This document shows positions 37,300-46,280 of a DNA stretch of 46,415 nt, piece after piece. A model generated the notes under the pieces. That model did not search any database. It worked only from the letters and a program-made list of their open reading frames with translations, and was not told the DNA's origin. This DNA comes from Candidatus Vogelbacteria bacterium RIFOXYD1_FULL_46_19 (lineage in GTDB: Bacteria; Patescibacteriota; Minisyncoccia; Phycocordibacterales; XYD1-FULL-46-19). The stretch is taken from NCBI GenBank assembly GCA_001824825.1, contig MHTK01000006.1, positions 1 through 46,415 of the forward strand, read 5' to 3'. Position 1 is the stretch's first letter; each line of letters opens with the position of its first letter. The position numbers and the translations under genes are program-made.

Positions 37300-38442
37300 A
37301 TGCAAAAGAAAAAGAATCTTATTTTTGTTTCATTGGATACGGTACGGGCAGATGTTGCGTACAGTGGAAAATTCGAAGCGATAGAAAAATTAAGAAATGT
37401 AGGTGTTACATTTTTAAATACTATTTCTTCTTCTCCACTTACACCAGTCAGTCACTCTACTGTTTTTACCGGGCTACAACCGTTTAATCACGGTGTCCGT
37501 CACCTTTTTAAAGAGCAAATTAATAAAAATGTTCCGGTTTTAGCAGAGATACTAAAATCAGAGGGATACAAAACCGGAGCAATTGTGTCTTGTCCAGGGA
37601 TGAATAGGTGGTATGGATTCTCACGCGGATTCGACCACTATGATGATGAGATACCGCTTTTAGCTGACGGGAGTGATCCGCTTCAAACGGTTGATGTAAA
37701 AAAACGAGGTACGGCGCTTAAACGAGCTGAGGTTGTTATTGACAGAGCAATACAGTGGATTTCAAAAAATAAAGATGAACAGCCTTTCTTTGCCTTCCTA
37801 CACTTTTTTGATGCTCACTGGCCATATGAAGCGCCTAAGAAATTTGCAGGCGATAACATATACGAAGAGGAGGTTGCATATTCAGCTCATCATTTCGGTT
37901 TATTTATGAAAGAAATGGAAGAAATGAATCTTCTATCAAACACAACAGTTGTTTGTTTTTCTGATCATGGTGAGGATCTTGATGGTATGTATCCGAATGA
38001 CAAGGGTGGTGAAAAACTTGGACATCCCGAAGAATTAGGACATGGATGTTTGCTTTACGATCAGACGCAGAAGGTTGTTTTGATCATAAAAGATCCCTCG
38101 TTAAAAGAAGGAATAAATATTGAAGAGCAAGTAAGATTGGTTGACATCATGCCGACAACACTTGAATTATTAAACATCAAGAAAAGAGTTTTCTCTTTTG
38201 ACGGCATATCTATATTACCTGCAATTAGCGGTGAAAAGTTAAATCTTCCTGCATACTCTGAGACTTTCTATCCGGAAGAGCAAACAGTTGCTACTGGAGG
38301 GAAGTTTTTAGAAACATGTAACAAGAAGTCAATACGTCTCAAAAACTCCGAAAAGATTATTACCCATCTCAACAGTGATTACATTGAGGTTTATGATCTG
38401 AAGCAAGATCCTAATGAGATGAAAAACCTTTCAAAAAATTAA
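37300..38442 (+). CDS. Sulfatase-like (alkaline phosphatase superfamily) hydrolase/transferase 1
   Basis: LDTVRAD, TPVSHSTVFTG, HFFDAHWPY, SDHGE, GHG, LVDIMPT, YDLKQDPNE. Confidence 0.9.
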   Translation: MQKKKNLIFVSLDTVRADVAYSGKFEAIEKLRNVGVTFLNTISSSPLTPVSHSTVFTGLQPFNHGVRHLFKEQINKNVPVLAEILKSEGYKTGAIVSCPGMNRWYGFSRGFDHYDDEIPLLADGSDPLQTVDVKKRGTALKRAEVVIDRAIQWISKNKDEQPFFAFLHFFDAHWPYEAPKKFAGDNIYEEEVAYSAHHFGLFMKEMEEMNLLSNTTVVCFSDHGEDLDGMYPNDKGGEKLGHPEELGHGCLLYDQTQKVVLIIKDPSLKEGINIEEQVRLVDIMPTTLELLNIKKRVFSFDGISILPAISGEKLNLPAYSETFYPEEQTVATGGKFLETCNKKSIRLKNSEKIITHLNSDYIEVYDLKQDPNEMKNLSKN

Positions 38443-38452
38443 TAATAAAAAT

Positions 38453-39841
38453 ATGGGAAATATAAATAAAGTCATTATGATTTGCGTAGATACTTTGAGA
38501 GCCGACACTCTTTTTAACCGTGAGGATTTTTACTTAAAATATAATATCAAACAAAAACTTAATACACCAAATCTTGACTGGTTGGTAAGAGAATCAACTC
38601 TCTTAAAAAATTGTATTACGACATCACCGTATACTACAGCATCCCATGCTTCTTATTTTACTGGCTACTGGCCAAAACATCACTCCGTAATGGATTTTTT
38701 CAAGAATAAATTATCTAAACCAACTATTTATAATTTATTAAATAAAAAAGGTTATAAAACTTTCTTTTGCAATGACTTTCCTTTTATTCTTGGAGACTAT
38801 CTTGGTTTCAAAGAAGGCGTAGATCGTTACTATATTGAAAGTGAATTGGAATGCCTAAAGGATTTTCATAACACAGATGGTAACAAATTTGCGTTCTTCC
38901 ATTTTGCTGATGTCCATTGGCCATATGGATACCACAAGCTAAAAAGTAATAATGAATTTGACTCATTAGAAAATTTTTTAATGGAACAATCGAAAATAAC
39001 AGGGGTTCCTCTCAGTAAAAAAATAAAACCGGGGCCGATAGAAGCGATAAAGGAAGATAAAGAATTATTGCTTGAGCAAAATTATCGAATGATAATAGAC
39101 TATTACTGCAATAAAAAAGATTACAACACAGTAATGCAGTGGTATGCGGATGGAATTTCTCGTTTTGACAACAGTCGCTTCGATGAATTCATAAGGTCGT
39201 TAAAAGATTATGGACTTTTTGATGATCCAAATACATTAATAGTAATATTTGGTGATCATGGTGAGAATTGGTCGGACGAATCATACGGACATTTTAATTC
39301 ATGTGATTATAGTGTAATCAATGTTCCAGTTTTACTTCATAGCAAAAGCATTCCTCGTAAAATAATTAATGAAATAACGAGAACTATAGATATTGTACCT
39401 TCAATAATTAATTTTTTAAATGTCGATATAAAAAATGATTTTGATGGGGTTGATTTATATAGTAAAGCTCCAGATCATTCAGTCACACAATCATGGGTAT
39501 CAGATTTCAAAGAGCTGGTTGGTTTTTTTCAAGAAACAAAAAATAAAAATGAATTTATAGATGGAAAGATAAAAAGTTTTCTTCTAAAAGAAGCGGTAAT
39601 AAAAGACAACAAAAAGCTTGAGTTTAAGTATACCAATTCAGGCGAGGTTGAATATTCAAAATCTTCAATTATTAAAAATGGGCTGGAAATAAACACTGAT
39701 TTGAATTTTCAAGAGGAATTAGGAGAATACTTACGGCGTTATAATCATGATCTCGTAAATAGGTCAGATCAAAACGTAGCAATTGAGGATAAAATTTTGA
39801 ATGAGTTTAAGAATTTAGGATACTATGGTGGAGAACAATAA
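38453..39841 (+). CDS. Sulfatase-like (alkaline phosphatase superfamily) hydrolase/transferase 2
   Basis: VDTLRAD, TTASHASYFTG, HFADVHWPY, GDHGE, TIDIVPS and C-terminal NLGY. Confidence 0.88.
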   Translation: MGNINKVIMICVDTLRADTLFNREDFYLKYNIKQKLNTPNLDWLVRESTLLKNCITTSPYTTASHASYFTGYWPKHHSVMDFFKNKLSKPTIYNLLNKKGYKTFFCNDFPFILGDYLGFKEGVDRYYIESELECLKDFHNTDGNKFAFFHFADVHWPYGYHKLKSNNEFDSLENFLMEQSKITGVPLSKKIKPGPIEAIKEDKELLLEQNYRMIIDYYCNKKDYNTVMQWYADGISRFDNSRFDEFIRSLKDYGLFDDPNTLIVIFGDHGENWSDESYGHFNSCDYSVINVPVLLHSKSIPRKIINEITRTIDIVPSIINFLNVDIKNDFDGVDLYSKAPDHSVTQSWVSDFKELVGFFQETKNKNEFIDGKIKSFLLKEAVIKDNKKLEFKYTNSGEVEYSKSSIIKNGLEINTDLNFQEELGEYLRRYNHDLVNRSDQNVAIEDKILNEFKNLGYYGGEQ

Positions 39842-40535
39842 AAAAAATGAATTAAAAATGATTTGTCTCGAAGAGATTTTGAGACAAAAGACAATCATCT
39901 TTAACGAGTGTGTTATGTTTGACCAACACACAACCATTAATGGTGCGGGGATAGATTTAAGGCCTATTACCTATATTGATTTGCCTGTTTCCTCTCCTCG
40001 TTACTTAGACGCAGTAGGAGAATATATATATGGATTGCAGAAAGTCGTTAATTATCGTTCTTTATGTGGTATAGCTACGCAGGGTCTTTCTTACACATAT
40101 AGCACATCTATAAAATATAACATCCCCGCAATCTACTTTAGGAAGGAACCACAAAAATATGGCACAAATTCTCATCTTGCCGGAAAATTGACACGGGACC
40201 AAACTCCTACACTAATAATTGACAATTTGATCTACTCGGGTAAAACACTCAATTTAGCAGTATCCAAGTTAAAAGAGTCGGATATCTCGATCGCCGGTCT
40301 ATTCACTGTTGTTAAGTTTGAAACTTCTTTTAGTGAGCTCATTGTTGATAATAAATTATTTTATCTCTTAACAGTCAAAGAGATCTATGATTATTTAATT
40401 CAAAATAACTATTTTCCAAAAAATATTGAAAAATACATTAAGCTTTTTTTAAAGGATCAAACCTTATTTCATTCAAAATCAGAGATTTATCTACAATATT
40501 TATCAGAATTAAAGAAGTCAAAAACTAGCTTTTGA
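39825..40535 (+). CDS. Type I phosphoribosyltransferase, PyrE-like, divergent
   Basis: YIDL, GIATQG, RKEPQKYG loop and PRPP-loop variant IIDNLIYSGKT. Confidence 0.78.
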   Translation: MVENNKKNELKMICLEEILRQKTIIFNECVMFDQHTTINGAGIDLRPITYIDLPVSSPRYLDAVGEYIYGLQKVVNYRSLCGIATQGLSYTYSTSIKYNIPAIYFRKEPQKYGTNSHLAGKLTRDQTPTLIIDNLIYSGKTLNLAVSKLKESDISIAGLFTVVKFETSFSELIVDNKLFYLLTVKEIYDYLIQNNYFPKNIEKYIKLFLKDQTLFHSKSEIYLQYLSELKKSKTSF

Positions 40536-40548
40536 CTATATCGATTAT

Positions 40549-41280
40549 ATGTCACAGTCAAAAATTAGCGTAGTAGCAATTGAAGGTTTACATAATTCAG
40601 GGAAAAGTACCCAGATTGCAGATTTATATTCTAATTTGAAAAAAGAAGGAATTTTTGTTGTGGTTTTAAGAGGCCACGGATTTCGTTCAGGCACAGGCTT
40701 AGATATTAATGATCCTGTTTCTTCGTGGTGGCAAAAACATTACCCCTTATTTATGGAAGCAGGACAAAAGGGAAGAGAATCTTTTATGGAGGCAGAAGCT
40801 AGAGCGACAAATAAATTGTACCAAGAGTTATTTGATATTAAAAATAATCTGCTTGAGAAAATGAAGAAAAATAAGTTCGGTAGAGCTGTGATTCTTTTAG
40901 ATAGATCTATAGTGTCTCGTCTCTTTATCTGGCACGGACATTCAAAGAACCCAAACTTTAAAGATTTACTTTCATTTACATACAAAAATACACATAACAA
41001 AGAAACAAAGATAATGCCTATTCCGGACTTATTAATTGTTCTCAATGTTTCTCAAAAGTTATTGCTAAAAAGAAATAAAAACAAGTCTGAGAGAAAAGAT
41101 AAAATTCTTCTTAATAAGAAAATTATATTGAGTCGTTACCAAGATTATATTAAACTAATTAATAATCTCCCAAAAAATATTAAAGAACGGACTTTTATTA
41201 TTAATGCAGGAAGGTCAAAAACTGCTGTTCAAAAAGAAATCCTGAAATTAATTAACAGCCAGTTATATTTTAAAAAATAA
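40549..41280 (+). CDS. Thymidylate-kinase-like P-loop nucleotide kinase
   Basis: AIEGLHNSGKSTQ, LLDRSIVS, PDLLIVL, IINA. Confidence 0.78.
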   Translation: MSQSKISVVAIEGLHNSGKSTQIADLYSNLKKEGIFVVVLRGHGFRSGTGLDINDPVSSWWQKHYPLFMEAGQKGRESFMEAEARATNKLYQELFDIKNNLLEKMKKNKFGRAVILLDRSIVSRLFIWHGHSKNPNFKDLLSFTYKNTHNKETKIMPIPDLLIVLNVSQKLLLKRNKNKSERKDKILLNKKIILSRYQDYIKLINNLPKNIKERTFIINAGRSKTAVQKEILKLINSQLYFKK

Positions 41281-41283
41281 ATT

Positions 41284-41991
41284 ATGCAACATTTAGAAAT
41301 TCTGCCAAATCTAAAAGGAAAGACCGCCGTTATTTATGAGAGAATTTGGTTATTAGAGGAACTTGAATACTTGAAAGAATCAGAATCTGATCATGTTCTG
41401 GCTATTGATAGAAGGATCTACTTGAAAGACGACCATGTTTTTACTGCGATGCAAGGTTCATCAATGATTGCATCGCTAGCCGAACGACTTATACAAGCTG
41501 GGGTTAAAAGAATTATTAGGATAGGAACAACCGGAAGTCTTCACGACGAACACAAGCTATTTGAAATAATTATTCCGATGGCAGTATATAAAGATGAAGG
41601 GACAAGTAATCAATATATTGATAGCATTTTCCCTTGTTTGTGTGATTTTGAATTATCTTCTAAGATTTGTAATCTTTTGCATGTAGCTGGGCACACTCAT
41701 TATCGAGGAGTCACATGGACTACTGACGGACGATGGGTTGAATCTTTAGACAAGATGCACAAATTAAAGAAATGGGGCGTTCTTTCGGTTGACATGGAAA
41801 CATCTGCACTTTATACCGTTTGCTTATTTAATAAAATACCATGCATCGCTTTAAATTTTGTCTCTGATTTTCCAATGAAATCAGAAAAAAATGGCTTAAG
41901 AGGAATACCAGATGATTACGAAATATATAAAAAGGAACTTTTAATAAATGTGGATAAAGTAACTCAGCTAATAGTTAAAGGGAAAATATAG
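41284..41991 (+). CDS. Nucleoside phosphorylase (PNP/UDP family)
   Basis: IIRIGTTGSL, DEGTS..Y, WTTD, VDMETSALY, VSD. Confidence 0.9.
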   Translation: MQHLEILPNLKGKTAVIYERIWLLEELEYLKESESDHVLAIDRRIYLKDDHVFTAMQGSSMIASLAERLIQAGVKRIIRIGTTGSLHDEHKLFEIIIPMAVYKDEGTSNQYIDSIFPCLCDFELSSKICNLLHVAGHTHYRGVTWTTDGRWVESLDKMHKLKKWGVLSVDMETSALYTVCLFNKIPCIALNFVSDFPMKSEKNGLRGIPDDYEIYKKELLINVDKVTQLIVKGKI

Positions 41992-41994
41992 GCC

Positions 41995-42726
41995 ATGAAA
42001 TTTGATACTTCCTTTGAAAAATTTGCGAATGAGTATGATAATGTCATGGGTGATAATGGGGATTATACTCACTTAAAAACTATCACACCGGCACTTTTTG
42101 ATCTTATTAAAAACCCAAAAGGTCTTAAAATTTATGATGTTGGTTGTGGTAACGGATATATTGCTCGTCGTCTTATGCGAGAAGGAGCAAAAGAAGTTTT
42201 TGCGTCTGATATTTCAGAAACCATGATTCATATTGCAAAATCTCGATATCCTATACATTCTATTATTTATTCTATAAGAGATATGTCGGACTTTTCTGGA
42301 TTTAAGGAGGGCTATTTTGACTTAGTTGTTATGAATATGTCGATTTCTTACTCATCAAATATTAAAAAATTAGCAAAGGAAATTGCACGAATTTTAAAAA
42401 CTGGAGGGCGATTTGTTTTTACACTTGATCATCCATTAAAATATTCAGCATATAAGGTGTTTGGTAGGACTGATTTCGATATTACTTTGAAGGACAGCGA
42501 TTATCTTAACGAGAAAGAAAAAACTACTTATAATCATTGGACAAAGCAACAAAATGCTTTAAGGATATACACTCGACCATTGGGATCTTATATTAACGCT
42601 TTAGGAGAATATGGGCTTTTTGTAAAATTTATTAGAGAACCACAATCAAAAGCTGAGTATAAAGATAAAAAAGTAAAAACTAGTATTCCGTTTAAAATTG
42701 CTGTAGAGGTTGTTAAGGTGGTATAA
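41995..42726 (+). CDS. Class I SAM-dependent methyltransferase
   Basis: YDVGCGNG, DISETMI, FDLVV, RILKTGGRFVF..HP. Confidence 0.92.
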   Translation: MKFDTSFEKFANEYDNVMGDNGDYTHLKTITPALFDLIKNPKGLKIYDVGCGNGYIARRLMREGAKEVFASDISETMIHIAKSRYPIHSIIYSIRDMSDFSGFKEGYFDLVVMNMSISYSSNIKKLAKEIARILKTGGRFVFTLDHPLKYSAYKVFGRTDFDITLKDSDYLNEKEKTTYNHWTKQQNALRIYTRPLGSYINALGEYGLFVKFIREPQSKAEYKDKKVKTSIPFKIAVEVVKVV

Positions 42727-42731
42727 GTAAT

Positions 42732-43763
42732 ATGAGAAAAATATCAAAAATAAAAAAAGGTGCGAAAGTAGCAATTCTCTCTCCGTCCTTTGCGGCACCG
42801 GGTAAATGGCCTGCTGTATATGAATTCGGCCTTAAACGACTTCGGGAAAACTTTGGGTTAATTCCCGTGGAGTTTCCGGCAACTAAAAAAATTGGTGCTT
42901 CAAAGGAAGAAAGATCTAAAGATTTAATTAACGCATTCGAAAACAAAAATATAAGTGCGATTATTACTTCTCTCGGGGGTAATGATCAAGTGACTTATAT
43001 TAAGAATCTTCCCAAAGAACCTTTTATTAAAAACCCTAAAGCATTTTTTGGTTATAGCGACAATACTCACTTTATGAACTTTCTTTGGCTCTGTGGTATA
43101 CCATCGTATTATGGCGGAGCAGTGTTAACACAGTTTGCTATGAATGGAGATATGGATGAATTTACTATGCGTTATTTAAAGTACGCACTTTTTGAATCTG
43201 GAGAAAAGGAACTCAAAGTAAGCGAAGTTTTTAATGATGTTGGATTAGATTGGGGCGATAAAAATCTACTGGACAAAAAGCGCATGTATGAAAAAAATGA
43301 TGGGTGGTTTTGGGATGGAAATAATGACGCTAAAGGAATAAGTTGGGGTGGTTGTGTTGAATCTATTGATGAGATATTACGTCATGGAATAAAGATGCCA
43401 ACACTCGAACAGTTTGAACAATGTATTTTATTCATGGAAACTTCAGAGGAAATTCCGTCATCCGATTATGTATTTCGAGTATACCGTGCACTTGGTGAAC
43501 GGGGCATACTAGAGCGTGTAAAAGGCATATTAATTGGACGGCCAAAAGCTTGGGAGTTTAACAAACAGCAATCATTGGAAGAAAGAAAAGCATACCGCGC
43601 AAAACAAAGAGAAATAACACTTGATGTTATCCGCCGGTACAATAAAACTGCGCCAGTAATTCAAAACATGGATTTCGGACACACTGACCCGCAAATTTGC
43701 TTGCCATATGGAAAGTCTGTGCGAATTAATTCTTCTGCAAAAAAGATTTTTGCAGAATTTTAA
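42732..43763 (+). CDS. S66 peptidase (LD-carboxypeptidase/MccF-like)
   Basis: VAILSPS, GGND, FFGYSDNT (Ser), FMETSEE (Glu), DFGHTDPQ (His). Confidence 0.92.
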   Translation: MRKISKIKKGAKVAILSPSFAAPGKWPAVYEFGLKRLRENFGLIPVEFPATKKIGASKEERSKDLINAFENKNISAIITSLGGNDQVTYIKNLPKEPFIKNPKAFFGYSDNTHFMNFLWLCGIPSYYGGAVLTQFAMNGDMDEFTMRYLKYALFESGEKELKVSEVFNDVGLDWGDKNLLDKKRMYEKNDGWFWDGNNDAKGISWGGCVESIDEILRHGIKMPTLEQFEQCILFMETSEEIPSSDYVFRVYRALGERGILERVKGILIGRPKAWEFNKQQSLEERKAYRAKQREITLDVIRRYNKTAPVIQNMDFGHTDPQICLPYGKSVRINSSAKKIFAEF

Positions 43764-43765
43764 AT

Positions 43766-44239
43766 ATGAACAATGAACATAAAAAACATATGGCAGAAGC
43801 GATTGCTCTTTCAAAAGAATCCATTTCTTCTGGCGGAGGACCATTCGGAACAGTGATAGTAAAGGACGGGAAAGTTGTTGGTCGTGGTATAAATCGCGTC
43901 ACAGCATGGAATGACCCCACGGCGCATGGAGAAGTTGTTGCTATTCGTGAAGCATGTAAAAATCTAAACTCATTTCAGCTTGATGACTGTATTATTTATA
44001 CAAGTTGTGAGCCTTGCCCTATGTGTCTTGGGGCAATTTATTGGTCTCGTCCGAAAGCAATTTATTTTGCAAATACAAGGGAGGACGCCGCCTCTATTGG
44101 TTTTGATGATGCTCTTATTTACGCAGAAATTAATGTTCTTTATTTGAATCGGAAGAGACCATTTCATCAGATAATGCGAGAAGAAGCGATTACCGTATTT
44201 CAATCGTGGGCTGAGAAAGAAGGCAAAATCGAGTATTGA
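43766..44239 (+). CDS. guaD: Zn-dependent nucleobase deaminase, Bacillus GuaD-type guanine deaminase
   Basis: GGPFG, DPTAHGEV, SCEPCPMC, GFDD and C-terminal IEY tail. Confidence 0.85.
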   Translation: MNNEHKKHMAEAIALSKESISSGGGPFGTVIVKDGKVVGRGINRVTAWNDPTAHGEVVAIREACKNLNSFQLDDCIIYTSCEPCPMCLGAIYWSRPKAIYFANTREDAASIGFDDALIYAEINVLYLNRKRPFHQIMREEAITVFQSWAEKEGKIEY

Positions 44240-44250
44240 TTATTATAAAA

Positions 44251-44991
44251 ATGCAAAATATATTAAAAAAATTAATAGTTTTGGTGGTGATACTTTTTTT
44301 GTGGCAATTACTATCGTCCAGTATCCACACGATCATTCCTTCTCCTATTGAGGTTTTTACTGCATTATACAATCTTTCGGTCCAGGGGGATATTTTTATA
44401 CATATTTTTGCTAGCTTAAAGAGGGTTGTTGTTGGTTTTTTGATTGCTACATTTCTTGGGGTAGGACTTGCTTTAATAACTGGGTATTACAAAAAGATTG
44501 ACGTATTTCTTAAGCCACTTGTTGAATTTCTACGTCCAATTCCCCCAATAGCATGGATACCTATTGCAATATTAATTTTTGGTCTTGGTGACATGTCGGC
44601 ATATTTTATTGTTTTTATCGGAGCTTTTTTCCCAATATTTACCAATAGTTTTTTTGGTGTCAGCTCCCTGCCTGTTATTTATGAAAATATTGCACACTCA
44701 TTTGAAATAAAAAATTTTATTTTTGTGAAAGATATACTCTTTAAGTTTTCCTTGCCATATATTTTCACAGGTTTAAAAATAGGTATTGGTATGGCATGGA
44801 TGAGTGTTATAGCGGCGGAACTTATCGGAGCACAATCAGGTTTAGGATATTTTATACAGCTCAACAGACTTTTATTGAGAACTGATAATGTTATCGCGGG
44901 AATGATTTTGATCGGGTTTATTGGATATATGCTAAGTTTGCTTTTACTTACAGTGGAAAAAATAATCATTCCGTGGAGTATTAAGAAATAA
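44251..44991 (+). CDS. ABC transporter permease, SsuC/TauC family
   Basis: IIPSP, SLKRV, RPIPPIAWIP, AAELIGAQSGLGY. ATG at 44251, or TTG at 44236. Confidence 0.93.
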   Translation: MQNILKKLIVLVVILFLWQLLSSSIHTIIPSPIEVFTALYNLSVQGDIFIHIFASLKRVVVGFLIATFLGVGLALITGYYKKIDVFLKPLVEFLRPIPPIAWIPIAILIFGLGDMSAYFIVFIGAFFPIFTNSFFGVSSLPVIYENIAHSFEIKNFIFVKDILFKFSLPYIFTGLKIGIGMAWMSVIAAELIGAQSGLGYFIQLNRLLLRTDNVIAGMILIGFIGYMLSLLLLTVEKIIIPWSIKK

Positions 44992-44994
44992 TTT

Positions 44995-45717
44995 ATGTTG
45001 GAACTAAAGAACATCTCCCATTACTATAGGAATCAATCACGAAATACCGAAATTTCGGTGTTTGAAAACTTTAATCTTTTGATTGGAGAAGGAGAAATTG
45101 TCTCCCTCGTGGGAAAATCTGGTTGCGGAAAAACAACATTGGTAAATATTATCGCTGGATATACAGAACCAACCAGCGGTAGTGTTTTTATGAATGGAGA
45201 GAAAGTCGTTGCTCCTGGCAAGGACAGAATTGTAATCAATCAAATACACGATCTTTTTGATTGGATGACGGTATATCAAAATATGAGACTTGTGAGTAAT
45301 GATGATAATGATATTAATAAGTATCTTTCAATGACAAGGCTCAGTGAGTTTGCTGATGCATATCCATACGAACTTTCGGGTGGCATGAAGAAGAGATTAT
45401 CCCTTGCCAGGGCACTGGTTGTTGACCCAAAATTTATTATAATGGATGAACCCTTTAATTCTCTCGATTATCAATTGAGAGAAAAATTCCAAGAAGAATT
45501 ATTAGATATTGTTAGAAAATCTAAAAAAACTATTTTGTTTGTTACGCATGACATAGAAGAAGCAGTATTTTTATCTGATAAAGTTATCATACTCTCAGGC
45601 AGACCAACACAAATAAAAAAAGAAATTGTGATTTCATTTTCAAAAAACAAAGTTGACTCAATAAGAGACACGGAAGATTTCATATTTCTTAAAAAGAAAA
45701 TAAAAGAAGAAATGTAA
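44995..45717 (+). CDS. ABC transporter ATPase, SsuB/TauB family
   Basis: GKSGCGKTT, YPYELSGGMKKR, MDEPF, VTHDIEEA. Confidence 0.95.
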   Translation: MLELKNISHYYRNQSRNTEISVFENFNLLIGEGEIVSLVGKSGCGKTTLVNIIAGYTEPTSGSVFMNGEKVVAPGKDRIVINQIHDLFDWMTVYQNMRLVSNDDNDINKYLSMTRLSEFADAYPYELSGGMKKRLSLARALVVDPKFIIMDEPFNSLDYQLREKFQEELLDIVRKSKKTILFVTHDIEEAVFLSDKVIILSGRPTQIKKEIVISFSKNKVDSIRDTEDFIFLKKKIKEEM

Positions 45718-45743
45718 TTCAAAAGCTTAAGTTTGCAGGGAGC

Positions 45744-46200
45744 ATCCCCGCCGTCTCCTCTTTTTCCCACGGCGGGGATATTGAGCGCGAACGGGAGGGT
45801 GGGTCAAGCGCATTTGTATTTGAGCCTCGGACATTTCCGCTAGGGCGTCCTGACTCACGGATGAGCGCCGCCGTTATCTTGCAATGCAGAAATCCCAAGC
45901 GAAAGCGATACCACATACAGTCGATATGAAAACGAGAAGGGGGGTTGTGCGAGGGCGGACTCCGAAGGCACGCTAAACGAAGCCAGAAAGCTCTAAATGA
46001 CCGCTAAACTCTCTAAAGTACTGAATACTCTAGCAAACCACTGCGAGGGGAGGAGACCGAAGCTGGGGGAAGGATTCCTTCCTTCCCCCAAATAGCATGG
46101 CGCCCGAGCTCCCGCTCTGCAGAGCGGGAGTGCGAGGAAAAGCGCCAAACCTAGACATCTAGGCGCGAGTAGCCCTAGCGGAAATGTCCGAAGCGAATGC
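45744..46200. other. GC-rich, highly self-complementary non-coding region
   Basis: Perfect 20-bp inverted repeat 45827-45846/46172-46191 enclosing several hairpins, plus an 11-bp hairpin at 45744-45779. Confidence 0.75.
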
Positions 46201-46280
46201 CGAGGATGGACTCCGTAGTCAAGGACGAACACTAGCAGAGAAATGACCGAGACAATACTGAAATTGAATTTGTTTTTCTG

